Assembly: GCA_025774555.1 (NCBI GenBank)
Contig: JALGVT010000007.1
Location: 17,327-81,326 of the forward strand
Direction: 5' to 3'
Length of the DNA stretch: 64,000 nt
DNA from: a candidate division LCP-89 bacterium
Lineage (GTDB): Bacteria > Electryoneota > B3-LCP
Under the pieces are notes generated by a model that had not been told where the DNA came from, searched no databases, and saw nothing but the letters and a program-made list of their open reading frames with translations. Both the position numbers and the translations under genes were made by a program. Below are positions 20,863 to 29,876 of the stretch, in pieces. How positions within the stretch are numbered: position 1 is the stretch's first letter; each line of letters opens with the position of its first letter.

Positions 20863-21366
20863 TTACGCAATAGTTGCACTTATCTTCGCAATGCTTTCAC
20901 CATTTGCCATAGTCCCCAACATAGTACAGTTCCAGTAATCAAAAGATTCAGCGCCACAATCCGATTGAGTGATTTGATTGATTTCCTCTACATTAGAGAA
21001 GAGGTCTATTTGTTCGAAGAAAGCAACGATCTTCTCTTTGAGGTTATTTATGGCTGGGGAAGCGTACTTACCGACCATTATACCAAAGAAAGTAACCAGC
21101 AACCCCACACCGAGCGCACTGATCCAGTCGGGCAGCAGACCGGCAAAACGGAGTTTCGGCAGGTCCTCCATGACCTCCTCAAGGAATCCTTCCGGCGCTT
21201 TCAAAATTTCCTGTCCGCGCAGCAGGGCGGCGAGAGTTCTCTCTTCTTCGAGGGTCGCCCGGCATTTGTCACAAACATCCAGATGCTCTTCTAATTTCTG
21301 TCGTGCAGCATCCGTTAATTCACCGTCCAGATAATCTTCGAGAAGCTGCCGGTCAGAGCATTTCAT
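20863..21366 (-). CDS. Anti-sigma factor, zinc-finger (ZAS-like) with one TM
   Basis: HLDVCDKCRATLEE zinc-finger motif, TM segment, 4-nt overlap with the upstream ECF sigma gene. Confidence 0.6.
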   Translation of the reverse strand: MKCSDRQLLEDYLDGELTDAARQKLEEHLDVCDKCRATLEEERTLAALLRGQEILKAPEGFLEEVMEDLPKLRFAGLLPDWISALGVGLLVTFFGIMVGKYASPAINNLKEKIVAFFEQIDLFSNVEEINQITQSDCGAESFDYWNCTMLGTMANGESIAKISATIA

Positions 21367-21947
21367 GGTGAAGTACTCCGAGTTTTCAGGTACATGTCCG
21401 CATTCCTCCTCATCTGTTCACGCGCACGATGCAGATATGCTTTTATGGTTCCTACAGGGTGCCCAAGCACTGCTGATATCTCTTTGCAATCGAGATCCTG
21501 GATATAAAACAGGACAACTATCGACCGGTACGCCGGGGGAAGTTCTTTAATCAATTTTTCCACCAGGTCTCGTTTTTCAAGTGTGGTTTCGATGTTCTCC
21601 GATTTAATACCAGCCGGCTTTACTTTATCTAACTCGATCTGCTCATATTGGTCAACCGGTTTACTCTTTTGCCTGAGTTCGCTCAGACAGGCGTTCACAG
21701 TAATGCGATAAAGCCAGCTTGAAAACTTACTTTGCCCTTTAAATCTGGAAATTGCCCTCCAGGCGCGAATGAACGCTTCTTGTGCTGTATCCTTAGCACG
21801 ATCGGGATCTCCCATCGTGCGGCAGGCAAGATTATATACCTGATCCTGATAGATTTGAACCAGTTCACCGAATGCATCGCGATCCCCCTCCTTAGCGCGC
21901 TGTATTAATGTATCCTCCGGAGAGGGTATCTGTTTATCGGGCGTCAT
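21363..21947 (-). CDS. RNA polymerase ECF-type sigma-70 factor
   Basis: region 2 (YQDQVYNLACRTMGDPDRAKDTAQEAFIRAW) and region 4 HTH (DLDCKEISAVLGHPVGTIKAYLHRAREQM). Confidence 0.85.
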   Translation of the reverse strand: MTPDKQIPSPEDTLIQRAKEGDRDAFGELVQIYQDQVYNLACRTMGDPDRAKDTAQEAFIRAWRAISRFKGQSKFSSWLYRITVNACLSELRQKSKPVDQYEQIELDKVKPAGIKSENIETTLEKRDLVEKLIKELPPAYRSIVVLFYIQDLDCKEISAVLGHPVGTIKAYLHRAREQMRRNADMYLKTRSTSP

Positions 21948-22270
21948 CTGTTTGTAAGACTCTTCGATAAAGGAAAAGGTTACATTGGATTGGTTTCTGG
22001 TGTGAAATCATCTGTTTACCCTTTTCATCATCCAGCCTGGAGATTGACCTTCTATCTCTCCTAGTGTCAGCATCTGACCGATCCGATGCTATAAATTAAG
22101 CACAAAAACCTGAAATGACAAGAAATAAATGAAGGGATTTACAAGTGAATCGATTAGACATGCTGTTTTTTATTAAGGAATTATGACATTTTTTCATCAA
22201 TCGTCAAATTATTGACATATCACTGGTTTTTCTATTGATCTTCGACCTCTTATTCCTTATATTATAAGGG

Positions 22271-22299
22271 TTGACAAATACCAGCATAAAAGCCATAAT
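22271..22299 (+). promoter_or_regulatory. Putative sigma70 promoter (TTGACA-17-CATAAT) for 22318 gene
   Basis: consensus -35 and -10 hexamers with 17-nt spacer. Confidence 0.4.
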
Positions 22300-22317
22300 C
22301 AACTGCGGAAATTTATA

Positions 22318-24279
22318 TTGACCAGATCGATCATCACAGCGATAATCTGCTTGATTACCCTTTCATACTCTCTGTTCGCCCAAACTATCATCCCCGGCGG
22401 TGAGGTTTATGGCACCTGGACAGCGGATGGTTCTCCCTACCTTATTGAAGGTGAAATAAATGTCCTTGAGATGCATTCGCTCACTATTACACCCGGTGTT
22501 GAAGTCATATTCCAAGGCTTTTATGAGTTCTTTATCGAAGGGATTCTCGATGCGTCAGGCGTTGAAAACGATTCGATCTTGTTCACCGCAGCCGACAGCA
22601 GCGCAGGTTGGGGCGGCATTACCTTCTTGAGTCAGCAGGAAGAAAGTTCACTGACATATTGTATCATACAGCACGGGCGGATGGGCAGCATCACTAATCA
22701 CGGAGGCGGCATTACCTGCAGCTATTCCAGCCCAACGATCAGGCACTGCTCCTTCAGATGGAATCACGTCGGCGCATATGGCGGCGCCATTTACTGCTTC
22801 CACTCCGAGGCAGTCATTTTAAACTGTGTCTTCACACATAACAGCGCAGGACATGGCGGCGGCATTCATAGTTTGAATTCTGATCCAACCATTACTGACT
22901 GTTCTTTCACTGATAATTGGGCTGCTGATTATGGCGGAGGCATTTACTGCTATATCTCCAATGCTGTAATATCGGGATGCACCCTTACCGAAAACAGCGC
23001 AAGTAATGGCGGCGGCATTTTTTGCAGGGCAGGTTCGGACGCAACCATATCAAACTGTGTGATTCGTGGAAATATCGCTATTACGGGTGGAGCCATTCAC
23101 TGCAATCTCTCCAACCCGACTTTTGAGAACTGCCTTATTGAGAACAATATCGCTGAAGAGGGCGGCGGTATTTACTGCTGGGTAGGTTCACAACCGAATA
23201 TATTGAACTGTTCCATTATCGGGAACAGCGCAACACTCAATGGGGGCGCTATCGTCTGTGAAGATTCATCCGGTATCAATGTTATCAACTCTACAATTTG
23301 GGATAATTCATCCCTGCAGATATACCCCGAAAATCTGCGAGTCCAATACTGCGACGTTCAGGAAGGATATGCAGGAAACGGCAATATCAATGCAGATCCC
23401 TTGTTCATTTCAGGACTGGGAGGCGATTACTATTTAAGTCAACTCATTGCCGGTCAAGCTCAGCAGAGCCCCTGCGTGGATGCAGGAAATCCGTCATCGG
23501 CAGTGATCTACGGAACGACGCGCACAGATGGCGTTCAGGATCAGGGGATCGTCGATATGGGTTATCATTATAGCGCATCTGTGACTTATCCTGACATGCA
23601 AATCATCCTCAGTTACCTTTCCGGTTCGCCCGTTCCTGCGGGTGGCGGGAATATCTACTTCGACGTCTATGCTGAAAACGCCGGATTGACGCCGTTGACC
23701 TTCGACGCCTGGCTGGAGATAGCCTATGAGGGTGGGACTCCTACGACGGTAGTGCAGCGGCACTTTGTCAACTATCAGCCGGATTGGGCGATCAACCGTC
23801 CCGGTATCTGGTACCCGGTGCCGGGCAGTTACGCTGCCGGCAACTACACTTTCATTGGCAAAGTGGGCGTTCATCCAGCAGTTGCATGGGATGAGAGCGG
23901 TTTCCCGTTTGTTAAATCCGGAACCGATTACATTGCAGGGTTTATACCGTGGGCACCGGACGGAGTGCCCAATCCGTTTGATAAAATTCAGAAGGGCGAC
24001 GCGCGCGTCGTACCTACGGAGTTGGTGTTGTTGGGAGCGTACCCCAATCCCTTCAATCCGACGACAACTATCAGCTATCAGCTTTCAGCGCTCAGCTTTG
24101 TGAATATGACGGTCTACGATATATCGGGAAGATTTGCTGTAGAGTTAGTCAAAGGCTGGAGAGATGCGGGTATGCATGAGGTGACGTTTGATGCGTCTGA
24201 TTTGGCGTCGGGGATATATATCTACCGCATGGAAGCAGGAGAGTTTGTGGCATCGGGGAAGATGCTGTTACTAAAATAG
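22318..24279 (+). CDS. Secreted right-handed parallel beta-helix repeat protein with pre-CTD module and T9SS C-terminal sorting domain
   Basis: TTG start, signal peptide, >10 NxxxxGGGI(Y/F)C PbH1-like repeats, C-terminal YPNPFNPTTTISYQLS...GKMLLLK. Confidence 0.8.
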   Translation: MTRSIITAIICLITLSYSLFAQTIIPGGEVYGTWTADGSPYLIEGEINVLEMHSLTITPGVEVIFQGFYEFFIEGILDASGVENDSILFTAADSSAGWGGITFLSQQEESSLTYCIIQHGRMGSITNHGGGITCSYSSPTIRHCSFRWNHVGAYGGAIYCFHSEAVILNCVFTHNSAGHGGGIHSLNSDPTITDCSFTDNWAADYGGGIYCYISNAVISGCTLTENSASNGGGIFCRAGSDATISNCVIRGNIAITGGAIHCNLSNPTFENCLIENNIAEEGGGIYCWVGSQPNILNCSIIGNSATLNGGAIVCEDSSGINVINSTIWDNSSLQIYPENLRVQYCDVQEGYAGNGNINADPLFISGLGGDYYLSQLIAGQAQQSPCVDAGNPSSAVIYGTTRTDGVQDQGIVDMGYHYSASVTYPDMQIILSYLSGSPVPAGGGNIYFDVYAENAGLTPLTFDAWLEIAYEGGTPTTVVQRHFVNYQPDWAINRPGIWYPVPGSYAAGNYTFIGKVGVHPAVAWDESGFPFVKSGTDYIAGFIPWAPDGVPNPFDKIQKGDARVVPTELVLLGAYPNPFNPTTTISYQLSALSFVNMTVYDISGRFAVELVKGWRDAGMHEVTFDASDLASGIYIYRMEAGEFVASGKMLLLK

Positions 24280-24422
24280 CAGTTAGCAGTTGGCTGTTAG
24301 CCGTTAGTTTGGGCGATCTTAGGATTGCCCATTTACCTATATAACGTTTGATTTTTATCAGTACGTGCGTTATATTGGGATGAAGTTCATCTACATGAAA
24401 TTTGATAAGGCAGGAGGATAAG

Positions 24423-25559
24423 TTGAATCTGTTAAATATTGGTGTGATTGCTAAATCTCAAAAGGAGAATGAACGGAGAGTTCCCATTCATCCGAATCAA
24501 CTGGAATGGATACCGGAAGAGATTCGCAGGTATCTCACATTCGAATACGGCTACGGAGTGCCATTCGGCGTCAATGATAATAAATTGGCTGGACTGTCCG
24601 GAGGATTGGCTGACAGGGAACAGATACTGAAAGAAGCGGACGTTGTACTGATATCCAAGCCACTAATAAAAGACTTTCAGTCCATCAAACAGAATGGTGT
24701 TCACTGGGGATGGGCGCATGTGGTTCAGCATACGGACCGAGCCCAGGTGGCAATAGATAACAAGCTGACATTGATCACCTGGGAATCGATGAACACATGT
24801 ACTCCTTCAGGCAGGCTGTCACACATCTTTTATAAGAACAACGAAATCGCAGGTTACGCGGGAGTTATGCATGCACTTAGCTTAACCGGATCAGATGGGC
24901 ACTATGGTCCGCGCCGCAAGGCGGTCGTCATCCATTTTGGATCCGTCAGCCACGGCGCCATTCACGCTCTACAGGGCAGGGGAATTCACGATATTTATGT
25001 CTACATAACAAACCCGATTGAAATGATCATAAACCAGGTGCCTGGAGTTTATTACCGACAGATTATAAAGGATGATTTTGACCAACTTCACGTCCAGAAT
25101 GAAGACGGTTCGGAAAAACCCTTGATCGACGATCTTTCTGAGGCTGATATAATCGTCAACGGGATCATGCAGGATACCGACAATCCCCTGATTTTCGTAC
25201 ACGAAAACGAAATTGATCGTTTGAAACCGGGAGCGCTGATTATTGATATCAGTTGCGACGAAGGGATGGGATTCTCGTTTGCCAAACCGACTACGTTCGA
25301 TAACCCAATGTTCATGGTAGAAGACATCCACTATTACGCAGTTGATCATACACCATCGTACCTCTGGAACAGCGCCTCCTGGGAAATATCGAAAAGCCTG
25401 ATTCCCTTTCTACCGACAGTGATGAAGGGACCTGAAGCCTGGGATCAAGACGAGGTGATTCAAAAGGCGATTGAGATACGTTCCGGTGAAGTTAAAAATG
25501 AGAAGATTCTGAACTTCCAGAACAGATCACCTGAATATCCACATCTTGTGATGGGGTAA
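24423..25559 (+). CDS. AlaDH/PNT-family NAD(P)-dependent dehydrogenase (saccharopine dehydrogenase / carboxyethyl-ornithine synthase-like)
   Basis: LNIGVIAKSQKENERRVPIHP N-terminus like alanine dehydrogenase; DISCDEG...NP segment like lysine-forming saccharopine dehydrogenase; start placed at TTG 24423 after AGGAGGA RBS (ORF-track start 24402). Confidence 0.5.
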   Translation: MNLLNIGVIAKSQKENERRVPIHPNQLEWIPEEIRRYLTFEYGYGVPFGVNDNKLAGLSGGLADREQILKEADVVLISKPLIKDFQSIKQNGVHWGWAHVVQHTDRAQVAIDNKLTLITWESMNTCTPSGRLSHIFYKNNEIAGYAGVMHALSLTGSDGHYGPRRKAVVIHFGSVSHGAIHALQGRGIHDIYVYITNPIEMIINQVPGVYYRQIIKDDFDQLHVQNEDGSEKPLIDDLSEADIIVNGIMQDTDNPLIFVHENEIDRLKPGALIIDISCDEGMGFSFAKPTTFDNPMFMVEDIHYYAVDHTPSYLWNSASWEISKSLIPFLPTVMKGPEAWDQDEVIQKAIEIRSGEVKNEKILNFQNRSPEYPHLVMG

Positions 25560-25577
25560 TTCATAAAGGAGGACACA

Positions 25578-27812
25578 ATGCGTCGTTTGATGATAATCTC
25601 CTTGCTTCTGATAGCTATATCCGCTTTTGCCCGTACAATCGACGACACCTACCACATGGGTTCAGCCGTCTTTGCCGGGGATTTCTACGATGTACTGTAC
25701 CACAACGGCTATGTCTGGATCGCCGACGGCGAGCAGGTCTATTCCGGAAACGTGAAGATCATGGACGTTTCCGATCCGGAAAATCCGTTCGTAGCGGCTC
25801 ATATCTCATACACAGACGGCTCTGCATTCCGGTTGGATGCTGAGGGCGATCTATTATTCGTCTCGGTCAAAGGGCACGGGGTGAAAATCTATAACGTCAG
25901 CGCCCCCCTCTTCCCTCTCTTTGTTGGTGAGTACACTGCAACCGAAACAATCAATGACATGGATGTTTTAGGTGATCTGCTCTGCGTCTTGGGCACGCAG
26001 ACGGGTCTTTCTATCCTGAACATCATCAATCTTTCAAATATCCAGACACTTTCACAGACAGCGATTTCAGGCAGCCGTTATTCACTGGCGGTAACCTCGG
26101 ACAGCCTGCTGAGCGTCGCCTCCGGTGCGACGGGACTTCAAATATTTACCATTGCCGATCCCGTCGCGCCGCGTCTTCTGGATACCGTCACCCTGGATCA
26201 GAAGACTTTCCACGACGTGGTCTGCAATGACACACACGCCTACGCCGTTTACCGCCGAACCATGATCAACAGCGGCGGATTTGCAGTAATAGACATCTCA
26301 AATCCTCCCAATTTCACTGTTTTAGCACAGCCTATAACCTTTGGGGTCGATCCTTTTCCAGACAACGGCTTATACCTGGCAGGAGATACTCTCTTTTTCG
26401 CTGCTACGCAGGGCGGATTCGGCGTGTGGAATATATCCGAACCTGAAAATCCATCGCGTTACGGCGGCTGGGGAGGAGCGGCTTTACCCGGGATTGTGGC
26501 GCGCTGGTCAACGAGGTGCACTTTCGGTGGAGGTTTTGCCTATAATATCTCCCCTGACCGCCTCCTGACGGATACAAAAAACGAAGCCTGTGTTTTCGAC
26601 CTATCCGACTTGACCGATCCACACCCTATCGGATTCTACGACGTTACAGACTGGGTAAAAGACGCGGTGGGATCAGGTGATTATGCCTATGTTGCTTCCG
26701 GCTCGGATGGTTTGCTGGTCGTAGATATTTCAGACCTGGAGAATCCGGTCATCGTTGGAGGCGAGGAACAGCACTTTATCAACTTGTCAGGCAGTAGTGT
26801 CCTGTATGAAAACGGTTACGCCTATGTCAGCGGCGGGTGGGTCGCCCTGAAGATATTCGATGTCATAAACCCTGAAAATCCCACTGTAGTCTCGACAGTC
26901 AATGAAGGTTGGGCATCCTACCGTGATATGGATAAACAGGATAGCCTGATTGCCGTTGTGGGGACGGGAATATCACCATCGCCGCCCGGCTGGTTAAGCA
27001 TCATTAACGTTACGGATGTTGCCAGCCCCCAGTGGATGGGGTATATCAATCTCGACGTCGGCGTTCACGGTATCGACCTAGTTGACACACTGGCTTTTAT
27101 TGGATACGCCGACGGTTTAGGAGTGTTGGATATCAGCATCCCGAATAATCCGGTATTGATAAGCTCGTATGATACCGGCGAAGGCGGGCAAGATGTGGTG
27201 GTAAGGGATAATATCGCTTTCGTGGCAGATCAATCCAACGGTCTGGTAATTCTGGACGTCAGCGATCCTTTCGATCCCCGTCCGATTTCATCACTGGACA
27301 CGCCCGGCTGGGCGATGGAATTCGAATTGGTCGGTGACTCTATATATGTAGCCGATTCAACAGCGCTGGTAATCATAGATGTATCAGATCTGCAAAACCC
27401 GGCAGTTGCCGATATTGTTCCGGTGCTGGGTTTCGCCCAAGGAATATCCGTTGATGATGGCCGCATATTCCTCTGTGATAATTACGGCTTTCACATCTAT
27501 ACACACGAATGGCTGGGTATAGCAGAGACAGGCGGAATATCTCAAATGCCAGTTGCATTTAATGTAAATTGTCATCCCAATCCCTTCAATCCGATCACAG
27601 CTATCAGCTTTCAGCTTTCAGCGGTCGGCTATGTGAATCTGGCGGTTTACGATGCTCAGGGGAGGCAGGTTGCTGAACTTATCAACGGCTGGCGGAATGC
27701 GGGTGTGCATGAAGTCACCTTCGATGCCTCGAATCTGGCGTCAGGTTTATATATCTACCGCTTGCAGGCAGATGACTTCACTGCCACCGGCAAGATGGTG
27801 CTGATGAAATAA
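25578..27812 (+). CDS. Secreted LVIVD-repeat beta-propeller protein with T9SS C-terminal sorting domain
   Basis: RBS aaggagg; signal peptide; repeated LVVVDISDLENP / LVILDVSDPFDP / LVIIDVSDLQNP LVIVD motifs; C-terminal HPNPFNPITAISFQLS...GKMVLMK. Confidence 0.8.
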   Translation: MRRLMIISLLLIAISAFARTIDDTYHMGSAVFAGDFYDVLYHNGYVWIADGEQVYSGNVKIMDVSDPENPFVAAHISYTDGSAFRLDAEGDLLFVSVKGHGVKIYNVSAPLFPLFVGEYTATETINDMDVLGDLLCVLGTQTGLSILNIINLSNIQTLSQTAISGSRYSLAVTSDSLLSVASGATGLQIFTIADPVAPRLLDTVTLDQKTFHDVVCNDTHAYAVYRRTMINSGGFAVIDISNPPNFTVLAQPITFGVDPFPDNGLYLAGDTLFFAATQGGFGVWNISEPENPSRYGGWGGAALPGIVARWSTRCTFGGGFAYNISPDRLLTDTKNEACVFDLSDLTDPHPIGFYDVTDWVKDAVGSGDYAYVASGSDGLLVVDISDLENPVIVGGEEQHFINLSGSSVLYENGYAYVSGGWVALKIFDVINPENPTVVSTVNEGWASYRDMDKQDSLIAVVGTGISPSPPGWLSIINVTDVASPQWMGYINLDVGVHGIDLVDTLAFIGYADGLGVLDISIPNNPVLISSYDTGEGGQDVVVRDNIAFVADQSNGLVILDVSDPFDPRPISSLDTPGWAMEFELVGDSIYVADSTALVIIDVSDLQNPAVADIVPVLGFAQGISVDDGRIFLCDNYGFHIYTHEWLGIAETGGISQMPVAFNVNCHPNPFNPITAISFQLSAVGYVNLAVYDAQGRQVAELINGWRNAGVHEVTFDASNLASGLYIYRLQADDFTATGKMVLMK

Positions 27813-27830
27813 AATACAACGGAGGATAGA

Positions 27831-29492
27831 ATGCGTAACACCGTCATTTCCATTCTCATACTGGGCGTGTTGACCGTTACGGGTAACTCCCAGACTATCG
27901 TCCCCGGTGGACCTGTGTCCGGGACCTGGACACAGGCGGGATCGCCCTACTTGATCGAAGGGGAAATTACCATCCCCGATGGAGAGACATTGAACGTAGC
28001 TCCTGCTGTGGAAGTCATTTTTCAGGGGCATCATAAGTTCATCGTTAATGGATACCTGGAAGCCACCGGGACAGCAGAGGATTCGATTATATTCACAGCA
28101 GCAGATACGAGCGAAGGCTGGCACGGCATTCGGTTCAACCATGCTCCTGATAGCAGCCACTTAATATTCTGCATCGTTCAATATGGTTATGCCACAGGGA
28201 GTGATCCTGAAGATTGGGGTGGTGGAATCCATATCTATAACTCAAATCCAGTCATTAGCCACTGCTTAATTGAGAGGAATTCGGCTGTGGTTGGCGGCGG
28301 GATTTGCTGCTGGTATTCCAATCCCACCATCGAAAACTGCATTATCAGCGAGAACACGGCTACGGGCGTCGGCGCCGTAGCTGGCGGTATTTATGGTTGG
28401 GAATCCAACCCAACCATCAATCAGTGTGTCATCACCGGGAATTTCGGCGGGGGAATCTACTCCTATGAGTCTGCTAACCCAATCATCAGTCAATGCACTA
28501 TTACCTGGAACGCCGGAGGGATTTATTGCAATGACTCTAGCCCAACCATTTCAAACTGCACGATTATTGGGAATTCGGCTAGTGATGCCGGAGGCGGGAT
28601 CACCTGTGCCTGGGGTTGCAACTCGATCATTTCTAACTGCATTATCAGCGGGAATTCGTCCATAAATGTTGGCGGCGGAATCGGCTGCTGGGATTCTGCC
28701 CCGACCATCGAAAACTGCACCATCAGTGGGAATTCAACTGGTATAGGTGGCGGTGGAATTTACTGCGAGCATGAACACGGCCCGACGATTGTGAATGTAA
28801 TTGTAGAAGGTAACATTGGAAATGGAGGCATTTACTTCAATGATTCCCCAAATGTGACTATCACCTACGGGGATTTTTACAACAACGAAGGGAGTAGTTT
28901 TATAGGAAATACCATACCTGCATATTTAGGTGAAATCGTAGCCATTAACACCAACGGCGATTCGTGTGACATTTTCTTCAATATCTACGAGGATCCATTG
29001 TTCGTTAACGAACCCTTAAGCGACTATCATCTCTCACCGGACTCTCCCTGTATAGACGCCGGGAATCCTTTTGTGCAATACAACGACCCGGAAGACCCTC
29101 TAACCCCCGGATATGCCCTCTGGCCAGCACAGGGAACGATCCTGAATGATATGGGAAACTCTGGAGGGCCTGGAGCAAGGGATTGGGTCGTAGGAATCAA
29201 GAAGAACCCCAGCTCGAGATCTGTGCCTTCTATTTTTAATTTACAGCAAAACTACCCCAATCCCTTTAATCCCTCGACGGTTCTCAGTTATCAGCTGTCA
29301 GTGGTCAGCAATGTTACCCTGTCGGTTTACGATGTGTCGGGGCGGAAGGTGGCCGAACTGGTGGATGGCTGGAGGGATGCGGGGCAATACGAGGTTACTT
29401 TCGATGCTTCCCACCTCCCTTCAGGTATCTATTTCGCTCGGCTGACGGCTGGAGATTTCACCTCTACTGGCAAGATGATTCTTATGAAATAA
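27831..29492 (+). CDS. Secreted parallel beta-helix repeat protein with T9SS C-terminal sorting domain
   Basis: paralogous N-terminus to 22318 gene (IVPGGPVSGTWTQAGSPYLIEGEI), GGGI(Y/C)C repeats, CTD YPNPFNPSTVLSYQLS...GKMILMK. Confidence 0.8.
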   Translation: MRNTVISILILGVLTVTGNSQTIVPGGPVSGTWTQAGSPYLIEGEITIPDGETLNVAPAVEVIFQGHHKFIVNGYLEATGTAEDSIIFTAADTSEGWHGIRFNHAPDSSHLIFCIVQYGYATGSDPEDWGGGIHIYNSNPVISHCLIERNSAVVGGGICCWYSNPTIENCIISENTATGVGAVAGGIYGWESNPTINQCVITGNFGGGIYSYESANPIISQCTITWNAGGIYCNDSSPTISNCTIIGNSASDAGGGITCAWGCNSIISNCIISGNSSINVGGGIGCWDSAPTIENCTISGNSTGIGGGGIYCEHEHGPTIVNVIVEGNIGNGGIYFNDSPNVTITYGDFYNNEGSSFIGNTIPAYLGEIVAINTNGDSCDIFFNIYEDPLFVNEPLSDYHLSPDSPCIDAGNPFVQYNDPEDPLTPGYALWPAQGTILNDMGNSGGPGARDWVVGIKKNPSSRSVPSIFNLQQNYPNPFNPSTVLSYQLSVVSNVTLSVYDVSGRKVAELVDGWRDAGQYEVTFDASHLPSGIYFARLTAGDFTSTGKMILMK

Positions 29493-29504
29493 ATCCCTCA
29501 GAAT

Positions 29505-29563
29505 TGTCATTCCGGGCGACGAACCGGGATCCGGTAGGGGCAACGCGTGCGTTGTCCTTTTTT
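29505..29563 (+). terminator. 3' element: tgtcattcc motif + GTAGGGGCAACGCGTGCGTTGTCC hairpin + T6
   Basis: same architecture as 1787..1851. Confidence 0.55.
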
Positions 29564-29876
29564 GTCTGTCTGCCGTCAATAATAAAATAATTCGATTTAG
29601 TGAAATATTTATCTTGTTTTCGTATGACATTTTACATATATTAATAGGATAAGTCATCTTTCAATTTGGTTTACCCGCTCAACTGGATTGAATTTTGCTT
29701 GTTACAATAAGATAAATGAGTGATATATCCACTCGTGAGATCGGTGTCGAACGCATCGGATGATGCCGAATCATGGTAATATCGAAGTAACTGCCACCGT
29801 GAAAGATACCGATATGAACTTGATGACAATAACATTAAAGGATAAATAACTGGAAAGAACTCAATCAGGAGGTGTT

